Under the pieces are notes generated by a model that was not told the origin of the DNA, ran no database searches, and worked only from the letters and a program-made list of their open reading frames with translations. A program made the translations under genes and the position numbers. 64,000 nucleotides of DNA from Nitrospirota bacterium (GTDB taxonomy: Bacteria > Nitrospirota > UBA9217). Numbering within the stretch: the first letter of the stretch is position 1; each line of letters begins with the position of its first letter. This document shows, in pieces, positions 11,198-22,051 of the stretch. The stretch is taken from contig CAWFSF010000002.1 of the NCBI GenBank assembly GCA_963818475.1, positions 320,001 to 384,000 on the forward strand, given 5' to 3'.

Positions 11198-12064
11198 TTA
11201 TGGCCTTCCTTCTTCAGCCCGCGGTTGAAGCTCTTCGTCCGCAGGCGCTTCTTTTGTTCCCGTGCCGGCCTTGTAGGTGTCCACCGTGCCCAGCTTCCAG
11301 GTATAGACCCTGCCGCAGGATTCGCAGGACGCTCCCGACAGCGCCTCTTTGCAGGACGGGCAATAGAGGATGAAGTGTTTGGAAAGCAGATATTCTTGAT
11401 CATCGAGGACCACCTGCCTGCCGCAGCATTTGAAGTCATGCGTAAGGTCGGTGCCGCAGACGCACCGCCGGTCAAGCGGCCAGGGCAGCATTTCTTCCAG
11501 GGTATAGATCGCCTCTCCCAGCAGGTCCACGAGCTCGTCATTGGTCGCATTGCCGAAAAAGGACTCGGTCAGCTTTTCGCGGATCGTGATCATCATTTCG
11601 TCTTCTTTGAGGAAGCGCAATATTTTGCGTATTCGCTGATCTCCCGTGCCGATCCTTGACAGGGCGCGCAGGTTCCTGTTCGCTTTATAGTGCTCCTGAA
11701 AGTAGATCAGCATCCATATCTGCGTCATGTCATAGAAAAATTCGAGCACGGGATAGTATCCGTATTTCTCCCTGATGCTCTTCTCCACCTCTCCCCGCTC
11801 CTCCGGAATGCGCGGGTAGACGGCGATCAGCAGCCCATTCTCAAAGTCCTCGTAAAAGAAGGGCGATCCGGAAAAATGACGGCACCCGCAGTGCGTACAT
11901 TCGATGATATTGAATTCCCATCGAAGCAGCGCCGGCTTCGCCTGCGGCGCGCGCGACACATCCACCCATGTAATGACCTTCGCCTGAAAGTCCTTCTCGC
12001 AGTGACCGCATTGAAAGGTCTCGACGCTGTATGCTTCTGCCTGATTGTTCAGCAGGTTGACCAT
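11198..12064 (-). CDS. CpXC-domain zinc-ribbon protein with an extra Cys-rich C-terminus
   Basis: FQCGHC..TWVD..ECTHCG..PFFYED N-terminus; C-terminal CVCG, KCCG, CPSC and CESC. Confidence 0.7.
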   Translation of the reverse strand: MVNLLNNQAEAYSVETFQCGHCEKDFQAKVITWVDVSRAPQAKPALLRWEFNIIECTHCGCRHFSGSPFFYEDFENGLLIAVYPRIPEERGEVEKSIREKYGYYPVLEFFYDMTQIWMLIYFQEHYKANRNLRALSRIGTGDQRIRKILRFLKEDEMMITIREKLTESFFGNATNDELVDLLGEAIYTLEEMLPWPLDRRCVCGTDLTHDFKCCGRQVVLDDQEYLLSKHFILYCPSCKEALSGASCESCGRVYTWKLGTVDTYKAGTGTKEAPADEELQPRAEEGRP

Positions 12065-12277
12065 GGTTTATTATACACCACTTTTTATAATCTTACTTTG
12101 GTAATTTACGTTGTTTATGGTACAATGCCGCCTGAAAAAAGCATTTTTCTGTACATTCAGCGCTGGTGGCGCGTCAGCCGATGATCCGACACTGGCACGC
12201 CGGCGGCTGAGATTTCGGAACCCGTGCACATTCCGGGGACGTGCGATCTTCACCAACAGGGAAAGGGGTTTTGCACC

Positions 12278-14545
12278 ATGCCGTTACCAGACGATTCAGT
12301 CATAACAACTGCGCTCCACTCGGAAGTCGAGAACCGCTTTTTGACCTATGCGCTCTCGACCATCGTGTCGCGTTCACTCCCTGATGTCAGGGACGGACTC
12401 AAGCCCGTCCACCGCCGGATCCTCTTTGCCATGTGGGAAATGGGACTCGGCCCGACCGCGCGGTTCAGAAAAAGCGCCGCCGTCGTCGGCGAGGTGCTCG
12501 GCAAATTCCACCCTCACGGCGACCAGGCGGCCTACGACGCCATGGTCAGGATGGCGCAGGACTTCTCGCTCCGCTATCCCCTGGTCGATGGTTCGGGAAA
12601 CTTCGGCAGCCTTGACGGCGACCCGGCTGCGGCCATGCGCTACACGGAGGCCCGCCTTTCGAAGATCGCCGAAGAGCTGCTGTTCGAGATCGACAAGGAT
12701 ACGGTCGGGTTCAAGCCGAACTATGACAACTCGCTCAAGGAGCCGCTGGTGCTCCCGGCCCGGTTCCCCCAGCTCCTCGTGAACGGCACCTCGGGCATCG
12801 CCGTGGGCATGAGCTGCTCCTTCCCGCCGCACAACATCGGCGAGGTGATCGACGGGCTGGCCGCTCTGATCGACAATGCGGACATCGAGACCAAGGACCT
12901 CCTCAAGTTCATCAAGGGGCCGGACTTTCCCACTGGCGGCCAGATCCTGAACACGAAGAAGGAACTGCGCGAGATCTACGAGGCAGGCTCCGGCGGCATC
13001 AGGACCCGCGGCGAGTACACGGTCGAGGACCTTCCTCGCGGCAAGCAGGCCATCGTCTTCACCTCCATCCCCTATCTGGTGAACAAGGCACGATTGCTTG
13101 AGAAGCTTATCGGCCTCATGGAAGACCGGAAACTGCCGCAGGTCACTACGGTCCGTGATGAATCGACCGGCGATGTGCGCATCGTACTCGAGCTCAAGGC
13201 AGAGACCAATGCCGAGCTCGTGACCGCTTACCTCTTCAAGCACACGGACCTGGAGTCGACCTTCCCCATCAATTTCACGGCGCTCAAGCCGAACATGGAG
13301 CCGGAACGCCTGTCGCTCAAGGCGATCATGCGCTACTTCCTGGACTTCCGGCACGAGATCACGACCAGGCGGCTTAATTTCGACCTTCGCCTGCTCAAGG
13401 CGCGGCTCCACATCCTCGCGGCATTTGAGGCGCTCTACGACGACCTCGACACGGCGATCAAGCTCATCCGCAAGGCAAAGTCGCGCGAAGACGCGGCGGA
13501 GAAGCTCAAAAAGCACTTCAAGCTCGACGATGACCAGGTGAAGGCCATCCTCGACATGCAGCTCTACAAACTCGTCGGCCTCGAGATCGACCGCATCCTC
13601 AAGGAAAAGGCTGAGAAGACCAAGCTGCGCAAGGACATCGAAGCCATCCTCGCAAGCCAGAAAAAGATCTGGGGCCTGATCAGGACCGAGCTGCTCGAGA
13701 TCAAGGAAAAGTACGGCGACAAGCGCAAATCCGTCATGAAGGCCGCCGATGACGTTGAGTTCTCGCAGGACGACTTCGTCGTCCATGAGGACGTCACCGT
13801 GATCCTGACGAAGATGGGCTGGATCAGGCGCGTCAAGACCGTGGGAGAGAATCTCCGGTTCAAGGAAGGCGATGCGCTGCTGGCGCTGCTGCCGGCGAAC
13901 ACCCGGGACAATATCGCCATATTCTCGTCAGCCGGCAAGGTCTATGTGAACAAGGCCTTCGACCTGCCGACCGGCTCCGGGTTCGGCGAACCCGTGCAGC
14001 ATCTGTTCAAGTTCGGAGACGGCGAACGGCCGATCATGGCCATGAACCTCACGACCGTCCTGTCCGGCGGCGCAGCTGCGGCGGACGGAGGTGTTGCAGA
14101 CAAGCAGGCCGAGCTCACGCTCACCGGCGGGAGCGCACTGGCACTGACCGTCTCGGCCAAGGGAGTAGGCTTCCAGTTCGACCTCGCGCAGTTCAACAGC
14201 ATCACGACCCGGGCAGGCAAGAAGTTCGCCGGTGTAAAGGAAGGCGACAGCATCCTGGGCGTGGACCTCATCGACCTTCCTAATGTGCTGTTCCTCACGT
14301 CTGAGGGCAGGGCGGTCGTGCTCGCGGCAAAGGACATCCCCACCCTCACCGGCGCAGGCAAGGGCGTGAAGCTCGTGAACGTGAAGAACGGCGACGTTGT
14401 TCTGTTCAAGGCTGTCCGCAAGAACGAGCAGGTGAAGGTGATCGACGAGAAGGAAAAGGAAAAGGTGATCGACCTGAAGTCTTACGGCGTCATGACCCGC
14501 GGCGCGGTCGGCATGAAAGCGTTGAAGGCGATACGATTCGCCTGA
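12278..14545 (+). CDS. parC: Type IIA topoisomerase subunit A, ParC-like (no GyrA-box seen)
   Basis: [31 protein letters not shown] with catalytic Tyr; short C-terminal domain without QxRGGKG. Confidence 0.75.
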   Translation: MPLPDDSVITTALHSEVENRFLTYALSTIVSRSLPDVRDGLKPVHRRILFAMWEMGLGPTARFRKSAAVVGEVLGKFHPHGDQAAYDAMVRMAQDFSLRYPLVDGSGNFGSLDGDPAAAMRYTEARLSKIAEELLFEIDKDTVGFKPNYDNSLKEPLVLPARFPQLLVNGTSGIAVGMSCSFPPHNIGEVIDGLAALIDNADIETKDLLKFIKGPDFPTGGQILNTKKELREIYEAGSGGIRTRGEYTVEDLPRGKQAIVFTSIPYLVNKARLLEKLIGLMEDRKLPQVTTVRDESTGDVRIVLELKAETNAELVTAYLFKHTDLESTFPINFTALKPNMEPERLSLKAIMRYFLDFRHEITTRRLNFDLRLLKARLHILAAFEALYDDLDTAIKLIRKAKSREDAAEKLKKHFKLDDDQVKAILDMQLYKLVGLEIDRILKEKAEKTKLRKDIEAILASQKKIWGLIRTELLEIKEKYGDKRKSVMKAADDVEFSQDDFVVHEDVTVILTKMGWIRRVKTVGENLRFKEGDALLALLPANTRDNIAIFSSAGKVYVNKAFDLPTGSGFGEPVQHLFKFGDGERPIMAMNLTTVLSGGAAAADGGVADKQAELTLTGGSALALTVSAKGVGFQFDLAQFNSITTRAGKKFAGVKEGDSILGVDLIDLPNVLFLTSEGRAVVLAAKDIPTLTGAGKGVKLVNVKNGDVVLFKAVRKNEQVKVIDEKEKEKVIDLKSYGVMTRGAVGMKALKAIRFA

Positions 14546-14574
14546 CACGACCTGGAATCTTCTGCACGAACAAG

Positions 14575-14615
14575 AACGGCGGGGCAATCAATTCGATTGC
14601 TCCGCCGTTTTTTTT
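14575..14615 (+). terminator. Rho-independent terminator
   Basis: aacggcggggcaatc-aattc-gattgctccgccgtt plus T-tract. Confidence 0.85.
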
Positions 14616-14618
14616 CAT

Positions 14619-14772
14619 CCTGAAAGAGCTTTTTGGACACGGATAAATTCGGATAAAAATCGGATAACGGCGGATTTGTTTGTCGGGAGATTACCTAAAA
14701 GATAATGCTTTGGGTTTATCCGCCCTTATCCGATCTTTATCCGCTTCTTCCGTGTCCAAATGTTTTTTCAGG
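14619..14772 (-). repeat. MITE-like GGACACGGA element, diverged copy in inverted orientation
   Basis: TTTGGACACGGA...TCCGTGTCCAAA ends; its reverse complement aligns with the copies at 30405 and 59150. Confidence 0.75.
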
Positions 14773-14773
14773 T

Positions 14774-15280
14774 TTAGTGGTATGACGACACTCCAATGCC
14801 GATGCCGAAAGAAACGCGGGACCCTGAAGAAGGCTCCCACAAATGCAGGCTTTTCGCAGACACCAGGGGATAGTCGTACTCGACCTCGCCAAGCGGCAGG
14901 ACCTTCCGACCCGACACCTCACCGATGACGGTCAGTTCCCTGCCCGCATGATACACCGCAGCATCCAGAAATTCTTCAGCCACGACAAGCAGGCGCCCTT
15001 CCGTGACGTCCGTCTGGAGCGGCCGCCCCGATCTGTCCAGCGGCCTCTGAAGCAGCTCGATCACGGTGCCCTCTTTCGTGTTCTTTGCTGCCACGATCGT
15101 GCCGCCGAGCATCACCCACGCGCCCTTGTATTTGTCGGGGTTCTTATGCAGCTCCTTAAAAGAAAGGTTCCTGTCCACGCGATCCAGCATCTGCTGCGGA
15201 AAAGGCGGCGCGCAAGCGCCGGCCAGCAGCAATGTGAGCAGAGCGCAGAATACCAGGCGTTTTTTTTCGCATGCATTCAT
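14774..15280 (-). CDS. Slp-family outer-membrane lipoprotein
   Basis: Lipobox LAGAC; GAWVMLGGTI, LQRPLD..GRP, FLDAAVYHAGRELTVIG. Confidence 0.85.
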   Translation of the reverse strand: MNACEKKRLVFCALLTLLLAGACAPPFPQQMLDRVDRNLSFKELHKNPDKYKGAWVMLGGTIVAAKNTKEGTVIELLQRPLDRSGRPLQTDVTEGRLLVVAEEFLDAAVYHAGRELTVIGEVSGRKVLPLGEVEYDYPLVSAKSLHLWEPSSGSRVSFGIGIGVSSYH

Positions 15281-15333
15281 ATCGCATCACCTCTCCGAAG
15301 CGAGGGCGGCCCGGCCTGACAGGCCGGGAACGA

Positions 15334-15840
15334 CTACTGAGTTCGCACGGACCCGTAGGGATCGTACAGCGGATCGAACCATTGGGGACCGGTCCGGACC
15401 GAGCGATCATCCTCCCACAGTTTCAGCTCCTTTGACACTAAGAGCGGAAGGCGGAGGCCCTGATCTGCCAGCGCCGTCACCTCGGTGCCGTCGACGATTG
15501 CGGCGGCAGTGATCTCCCGGCCTGGAGCGTAGAGCAGGGTATTGAGGTGCGCCGGATGGGACAGCAGGAACCGTCCGCTCGTTTCATCGGTGCGCTTGGG
15601 GCGGCCCCAGTAGTCAAGGCTGCGCTCCACGACCTCGAGCAGGGTGCCGTGATCCGTGCTGTTGACCTGAGCGATCGTTCCGCCGATGATCACGAGCTTC
15701 CCCTGGTACAGCTCCAGGTCCTGCCTGATTTCGCGCAACGAAACTGTCCTATCGGCCTGACGGACATACTCCGGCGAGATGGCATAGGTGCAACCGTGGA
15801 AGAACAAGGCAAGGCTTATGGCGAGAATGGTATTTTTCAT
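15334..15840 (-). CDS. Slp-family lipoprotein (tandem paralog)
   Basis: Signal peptide ending FHGC; GKLVIIGGTI, LDYWGRP, SGRFL, YAPGREIT. Confidence 0.8.
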   Translation of the reverse strand: MKNTILAISLALFFHGCTYAISPEYVRQADRTVSLREIRQDLELYQGKLVIIGGTIAQVNSTDHGTLLEVVERSLDYWGRPKRTDETSGRFLLSHPAHLNTLLYAPGREITAAAIVDGTEVTALADQGLRLPLLVSKELKLWEDDRSVRTGPQWFDPLYDPYGSVRTQ

Positions 15841-15911
15841 GGCAGCCGCACATCTCCCTGCGGATCCCACCCGGGAAGTACAGTCCGGCCACACACCCGA
15901 TGCCGGGAGCA

Positions 15912-16169
15912 TCAGGCCTGCGGTTCAGCTTCCTTCTCTATTTTTTTACGCACGTGATCGGGAATATCGATCCCGCTGAGATCGAAGTTCCCCAGCTCCC
16001 GGGCCAGCAGGCTGATCTTGTCGATATTCTGGAGATACTTGTTAATAATGATCCTGCGGGTCTCCATCACCCGGCATGACCCTCCCTTTGACGTTTTCAG
16101 ATCGTCATAGGTCACTTTGATGGAAAGGGCCTTGGCCACGTTTTCGAGATCCACGAGCGTAATTTTCAT
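15912..16169 (-). CDS. Hypothetical protein (85 aa), ImmA/IrrE-like layout
   Basis: Clean ORF; GGSCRV..IIIN....LLAREL pattern. Confidence 0.65.
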   Translation of the reverse strand: MKITLVDLENVAKALSIKVTYDDLKTSKGGSCRVMETRRIIINKYLQNIDKISLLARELGNFDLSGIDIPDHVRKKIEKEAEPQA

Positions 16170-16306
16170 AGTGTTGTCTTAAGTATAGCAGATTGCCGGA
16201 GGGGTATGGCCGATCGCCGTCCCTCCGGCGCGACCGGGAACGATGCCGCCGATGCTGCATGCAGCAGTGAAGAAGGACCGCCGCACAGGAGCGGTCCCAG
16301 AGGTGC

Positions 16307-16432
16307 TTACACTTCTTCCTTATGAACTTCGAGAATGCTCACGACATTGATGTTCGCGTCCTTGAGCGCCTTTTGCACATCAGCAAGTTTTGCGTCCTGT
16401 ACTTTCAGAATGAAATTCGATTTCGTAGCCAT
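16307..16432 (-). CDS. 41-aa small protein absent from the ORF track
   Basis: AGGAGG RBS 7 nt before ATG; MATKSNFILKVQDAKLADVQKALKDANINVVSILEVHKEEV*. Confidence 0.7.
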   Translation of the reverse strand: MATKSNFILKVQDAKLADVQKALKDANINVVSILEVHKEEV

Positions 16433-16732
16433 GGTCTTGCCTCCTGATCAGTATGGTTACCCTGCGATGCTTCGCTGAGTGCGATAAATTAACACAAACC
16501 AAACGTTCAAGTCAACCTCGAAAACCAGAACGAACGTCGCGAGCCTGGCAACACAGCAATGACCGTGCTCCACCGCATTACCCTGAAATTACCCCGAAAA
16601 TACCCCATAATTCGCTAAAATTTTTCTTGCTATTTTACAGGAGACTGTTTATACTTCCCTCGAAAAACAGGATCACTCTGCCTTTGGGCAGCGGACTATT
16701 CTCGTTACCATTTCATTTTAAGGAGGAAGTTT

Positions 16733-17020
16733 ATGGCAAAAGCAATGACGAAGTCACAGATTGCAGATCACATCGCGAAGAAGGCAGACATCAAGAAGAA
16801 GCTGGCAGTCCAGATTCTCGAAGATATGGCAGCACTCGCCTACAAGGAAGCAAAAAATTCCTTCACCCTTCCCGGCCTCGGCAAGCTTGTTCTCGTACAA
16901 CGCAAGGCACGCATGGGCAGAAACCCCCAGACCGGCGCAGCCATCAAGATCCCGGCAAAGAAAGTCGTGAAGTTCCGCGTAGCCAAGGCGGCAAAAGAAG
17001 CGATCCTCGGCAAGAAGTAG
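16733..17020 (+). CDS. hup: HU family DNA-binding protein
   Basis: MTKSQI, FTLPGLGKL, RKARMGRNPQTG..IKIPAK; AAGGAGG RBS. Confidence 0.95.
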   Translation: MAKAMTKSQIADHIAKKADIKKKLAVQILEDMAALAYKEAKNSFTLPGLGKLVLVQRKARMGRNPQTGAAIKIPAKKVVKFRVAKAAKEAILGKK

Positions 17021-17046
17021 GTTCTGCCGCAGATATACAAACATAC

Positions 17047-17080
17047 AAAAGGCATTCCGGATTTCCGGAATGCCTTTTGC
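17047..17080. terminator. Bidirectional terminator
   Basis: aaaaggcattccgga-tt-tccggaatgcctttt inverted repeat. Confidence 0.85.
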
Positions 17081-17132
17081 GTCTCCCCGGCATCACAGCA
17101 CAGGACGAAAGCGCTGACGAATCTCGAAATCT

Positions 17133-17836
17133 ATGGACTATCATTCTTTTCATACTCTATCCCCTTTCCCTGGTACGGCCGCGCTTCATGCTGCCGGCCC
17201 TCGCGTTCCATGCGTTCCTCATCGTGGCTTCGGCGCTGCAGTTCGGAAGAATACCGCTGATCGGCATGCACGACACGCTCGGTTTTCTTGCTTTTGCCAT
17301 CGGTGTTGTGTACGTCATTGCCGCATGGAACCGCGAACGCGATCTCTTCTCCTACCTGACAACACCGCTTATCTGCTCTTCCTCGCCGGGTCTGCGGTCT
17401 CGCCGCCCGTGACCGACGGGATGCCGCCGGTGCTCAAGACCATCTGGTTCGAGCTCCATGTGATCCTGTCGTTCGTCTCGTATGCGCTCTTCGCCGTCGG
17501 CGCGGTCTTCGGCCTGCTCGATCGCTGTACGGAAATGACGTCCATGCGGAGAGCAACCAGTACCGGAGCCTGCTGCTCGGCTACGTGCTCTTTTCCATTG
17601 CCATGATCTTCGGCGGCATCTGGGCGTTCCTCGCCTGGGGCACCTACTGGCTCTGGACGCCGAAGGAGCTCTGGACCACCATCGTCTGGTTCTTCTACAG
17701 CCTCTATCTCCATGCACGGCTGGTGCGCGGCTGGTCAGGCCCGAAGGTCGTCTGGATGGGCATTATCGGATTTGTGATCGTGCTGTTCACCTATGCGGGC
17801 GTGGGGCTTCTGATGAAAAGCTCGCATGAATTCTAG
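17133..17836 (+). CDS. ccsA: Cytochrome c biogenesis system II protein CcsA/ResC (frameshifted)
   Basis: WFELHVILSF and tryptophan-rich motif GGIWAFLAWGTYWLWTPKELW..YLH. Confidence 0.88.
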
Positions 17837-17839
17837 CTT

Positions 17840-17931
17840 TTTTGGACACGGATGAACATGGAAACTTCGGATTAAAGAATGAAGGGCGCATCGAAGTTTT
17901 GATCCGCTTCTTCCGCGAAAGTCCGTGTCCC
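17840..17931. repeat. Short degenerate GGACACGGA element
   Basis: tttggacacggatgaac ... gatccgcttcttccgcgaaagtccgtgtcc. Confidence 0.6.
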
Positions 17932-17945
17932 CTTGCATCTTAATT

Positions 17946-18664
17946 ATGAAAAACTTCTTTCTCTCACTCAAGACAACGGTCTGGACCCTGCTCGGGCTGG
18001 TCATCCTTTTTTTCATCGGCTCCTACATGATGCCGATGCACCGGGAAGTATTTTCGTCCATGAACGACAGCCTCCTGTTCGATTGGGTAAAAGGCGTTGC
18101 GTTCCGGAACCTCTGGCAGACCTGGTGGTTCTTCGCCGCCCTGGCCGGGCTCATCCTGCTCACCATCAACACCATCGTCTGCAGCCTCCAGGCGATCCAG
18201 GGAAAATGGTCGCGCGCGGACTTTCTCCTCCGCATCTCGCCGCAGATCATTCACATCGGGTTTCTGTTCATCCTGCTGGCGCATTTGCTTGGATCGGGCT
18301 GGGGATACAAACTTTCCGGCATGATGCCTGAAGGTGGATTCGCGCGCTTGCCTGAGGACAGAGCGTTGGCCCTGCAAAGTGTTGTCGCGCAAACAGATCC
18401 TGCCGGATACATGCAGGACTGGTCTGCCGAGGTTTCTTTGTATGAGAACAATGAGGTCGTGAAGCGCGGAACGCTCGGCCCGAACAAGCCGCTTTTCTAC
18501 AAGGGCGTCGGCGTCTATCTCAAGAGCCTCGATTTTGAACGAGGTCCGGCCGCTCGTGCTCATGGTCAACAAGGACCCCGGCGCGATCTGGGCGCTGGTC
18601 GGCAGCGTGCTGTTCATGCTGGGGTCGATCATCCCTGCTTGCCCTCAAGTGGAAAAAGGCGTAG
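17946..18664 (+). CDS. resB: Short ResB/Ccs1-like cytochrome c biogenesis protein (frameshifted 3' end)
   Basis: FFLSLKTTVW, TWWF, NTIVCS, IIHIGFL, GPNKPLFYKG, NKDPG; next to ccsA. Confidence 0.75.
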
Positions 18665-18819
18665 AGCTACAACGGAAACACGGAGGAAGTACTAAACTAG
18701 AGCATGAAACTCCAAAAGCAGAAAAAATATCAGATGTTATTTAATTTACACCTTGCCTGTCGACTTTTTTTCTTTTTGAATTTCTCCGTGCCTCCGTGCC
18801 TCCGTGGTAAGAAAACCTT

Positions 18820-19879
18820 ATGAAAAAACGTGTTCTCGTAGCCATGAGCGGAGGCGTCGACAGCTCCGTAACAGCAGCTCTGCTCTTACAACAGGGTATG
18901 GTTGTCGAAGGCGTCACCATGAAGCTGACCGCAGGCTTGTGCTGCGACATCGGCTCTGCACAGGCCGTGTGCCGGCATCTTGGCATTCCGCACCGCATGA
19001 TCGATGCGCAGGCATCGTTCGAACAGAACGTTGTGCAGGATTTTATCTGCTGAATACCGCATCGGCCGCACGCCCAATCCCTGCATCAGGTGCAACGACC
19101 TCATCAAGTTCCAGCTGCTCCTTTCCTACGCCCGCGAACAAGGTTTTGATGCGCTCGCCACGGGCCACTATGCCCGCGTTGAACAGGATGCGGCCTCCTC
19201 CCGTTTTCTGCTCAAAAAAGGCATTGACCCTGGCAAGGACCAGAGTTACTTCCTGTACCGTCTGACGCAGGACCAGCTCCGGAGCGTGCTTTTCCCGCTC
19301 GGCGAAATGCACAAGGCCGACGTTCGCGATCTCGCGCGCAAGCTTAATCTCCCTGCTGCCGAACGTCCGGAGAGCCAGGAGATCTGCTTTGTGCCGAATG
19401 ATGATTATCGCGCTTTTTTGAAAGAGCACGCGCCTGCTCTGCTTCGACCGGGAGAGATGGTCATGACCGATGGAAGGGTGGTCGGCAAACATGACGGCAT
19501 CGCCCTGTTCACCGTGGGACAGCGCAGAAAGCTCGGTGTTGCCGCAGGCGAACGGCTTTATGTGGTGCGGATCGAACCTGAAACGAACAGGGTCGTGCTC
19601 GGAAAGCTATCAGAACTGCAGACCAGTGAAATGATTGTTGGAAACTCCAGTTGGATCGTTATGCATGACCTCTCTGCACCCATTGAAGCAACGGTCAAGA
19701 TACGATACCGCTCTCCTTTTGTTCCGGCAGTCATTCAGCCGTTTGACAAGAAGGCGCTCCGCGTCATATTTAAACAGCCCGTTCCCGGCGTTTGCCCGGG
19801 TCAATCTGCTGTTTTTTATGACAACGATATCGTTATCGGCGGCGGAACAATAGAGCCGACACCCGCCATGAACCAATAG
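18820..19879 (+). CDS. mnmA: tRNA 2-thiouridylase (frameshift near 19048)
   Basis: AMSGGVDSSV, RTPNPCIRCN, ATGHYAR, KDQSYFL, ESQEICF, FTVGQRR, PGQSAVFY. Confidence 0.95.
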
Positions 19880-19996
19880 TGAGGACGCACTCTCTTCTCC
19901 GCGCTTTCTCACGCGCAATATCAAACTCATCCGATGTCTATCCTGCGCAGAACATTTTATCAAGCCTCCCTATAAGGATGACTAGCTACATCTGCC

Positions 19997-20028
19997 TTGA
20001 CAAGCGTTATTCCCTGCGATATATTACG
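19997..20028 (+). promoter_or_regulatory. Sigma-70 promoter overlapped by a ModE-type operator
   Basis: TTGACA-N17-TATATT; CGTTAT-N12-ATTACG box at 20005-20028 resembles the 24-bp ModE box. Confidence 0.65.
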
Positions 20029-20030
20029 CT

Positions 20031-20398
20031 ATGCACACAAATCGACTTCTCGAAAAAAAGTCAGCACGCCGGTCGTTCGCGGCCGCATCTGGATCGACGG
20101 CCCGGAGGGCACATTCTTTGGCCACGGGCGCGCGGTCCTGCTCGAACGGATCATTGAACATGGCTCGATCACCAAAGCCGCCAAGTCTATGGACATGGCC
20201 TATCGCCACGCTTGGGACTTGGTGGATTCAATGAACCGGCAGCACAAGGAGCCCTTTGTGGAAGTCTCCACCGGAGGAAAAGGAGGTGGCGGCGCGCGGG
20301 TGACCAAAGCTGGAGAACGGGCGATCAAGACATTCTGGCGGTTCCATAAGGACCTCCAGGCATTTTTGATTCGGGAACAGAAGAAACTCAAAATCTAG
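20031..20398 (+). CDS. modE: ModE-family winged-helix regulator, DNA-binding domain only (probable frameshift at start)
   Basis: RIWI..FFGHGRAVLLE.I..GSI.KAAKSM.MAYRHAW.LV..MN..GGKGGGGA. Confidence 0.85.
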
Positions 20399-20414
20399 CA
20401 ACAAAGGAGATTCA

Positions 20415-21230
20415 ATGAAAAAGTCGATCGTACTGACCTTGTTATTCATGCTTATCAGCAGCACAGCAGCGGTTTCAGCAGAAACACGCATTCGGATGGC
20501 TTCGACCACCAGCACGCAGAATTCCGGGCTCTTTGACTATCTGCTGCCGATCTTCGAGAAAAAGACGGGCATCAAGATCGATGTCGTCGCCGTTGGCACC
20601 GGTGCTGCCATCGAGATCGGGAAGCGGGGCGATGCCGACGTGGTGTTCGTCCACGCCAAGGAACAGGAGCTGAAAGCCGTGGAAGAGGGCTTTTTCGTGA
20701 ACCGCCATGACGTGATGTACAACGACTTCGTCGTCATCGGCCCCACGAATGATCCGGCAAAGATCAAGGGAATGAAATCCACAACCGATGCGTTCAAGAA
20801 GATCGCGGAATCCGGATCTTCATTCGTTTCACGCGGAGACAAATCCGGCACGAATACCAAGGAGCTTGCTCTCTGGAAGAAAACGGGGATTGAACCTGCA
20901 GGCCAGAAATGGTATCTTGAGGTCGGTCAGGGAATGGAGAAAACGCAGCGCATTGCCGACGAGAAGCGGGCCTATACTCTGACCGACCGGGGCACCTGGC
21001 TTGCGACCAGTGGCAAGGACAAACTCGATATGGTCATCGTACTCGAAGGCGACCCGACGCTCTTCAATCAGTATGGCGTCATGGCAGTGAACCCGGAGAA
21101 GATCAAAACGGTTAAGTTCAAAGAAGCCATGGAGTTCGTGAACTGGATCATTTCCAAAGAGGGTCAGGATGTTGTAGCCGCGTATAAAGACAAGAACGGG
21201 AATGCTCTTTTTATCCCGAACGCAAAGTGA
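20415..21230 (+). CDS. tupA: Tungstate ABC transporter substrate-binding protein
   Basis: Signal peptide; ASTTSTQNSGL, VGTGAA, GDADVVFVHA, SRGDKSGT, TDRGTW. Confidence 0.9.
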   Translation: MKKSIVLTLLFMLISSTAAVSAETRIRMASTTSTQNSGLFDYLLPIFEKKTGIKIDVVAVGTGAAIEIGKRGDADVVFVHAKEQELKAVEEGFFVNRHDVMYNDFVVIGPTNDPAKIKGMKSTTDAFKKIAESGSSFVSRGDKSGTNTKELALWKKTGIEPAGQKWYLEVGQGMEKTQRIADEKRAYTLTDRGTWLATSGKDKLDMVIVLEGDPTLFNQYGVMAVNPEKIKTVKFKEAMEFVNWIISKEGQDVVAAYKDKNGNALFIPNAK

Positions 21231-21348
21231 ATCTGATGGAAAAGCAGTAGCATGTGGCAAGTAGCAAGGAAAAGCAGACCCAAAACCCTATGTTTATCGA
21301 ATGCTCTTTCTTGACCCTTGTTACTTGACCCTTGCTGCTTGAGAAACT

Positions 21349-22051
21349 ATGGACTCAATAACTCAAGGTTTTATCCGGGCTTTCGAGCTCATCTTTCACC
21401 TCAATGCCGAGCTTTTCGGCATTATTCTCCTGTCGCTCAAGGTGTCCGGCCTTGCTCTCGTGATCGCGACGCTCGTGGGACTTCCCCTCGGCGCGATGCT
21501 TGGCCTGAAGCGGTTCACTGCGCGCGATTTCTGCCATCAGCGTTGTAAATACACTTATGGGCCTCCCGCCGGTAGTCGTCGGGCTCTTTGTGTATCTCAT
21601 CCTGTCACGCAAAGGGACTCTCGGGTTCCTGGGCTTGCTCTATTCGCCTTCAGCAATGATCATCGCCCAGTCGATCCTGGCGATCCCGATCGTAACAGCA
21701 CTCTGCCACTCGGCCATCGTGAACGTCGATCCCCTCATCAGGCAGGCCAGCCGCACCCTCGGCGCAACGCCGAGGCAGGAGACCCTGGCGATCATCCATG
21801 AGGCGCGGTACGGCATCATCTCGGCCATTGTGGCTGCCTTCGGAAGGGTCATGGCCGAGGTCGGCTCCATCCTTATCGTGGGCGGAAATATCGCGGGCTA
21901 CACCAGGGTCATGACCACCACGATCGCGCTCGAGACGGACAAGGGAAATTTCGAGCTCGCCCTCGCGCTCGGCATCATCCTGCTTTTGCTGTCGTTCATG
22001 GTGAATGCCGTGCTGCACAAGGTCCAGAGAAAAGGTATGCCTGCCCAATGA
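21349..22051 (+). CDS. tupB: Tungstate ABC transporter permease (frameshift near 21530)
   Basis: MGLPPVVVGL, AFGRVMAEVG..VGGNI..TRVMTTTI. Confidence 0.9.

Noticed and set aside
12202-12217. TGGCAC motif upstream of parC as a sigma-54 promoter
   Set aside because: The -12 element lacks TTGC, and a sigma-70-like TGGTACAAT exists at ~12118-12126
19051-19053. TGA after Cys in mnmA as possible selenocysteine
   Set aside because: The protein continues in another frame (AEYR..), so this is an indel; no SECIS seen
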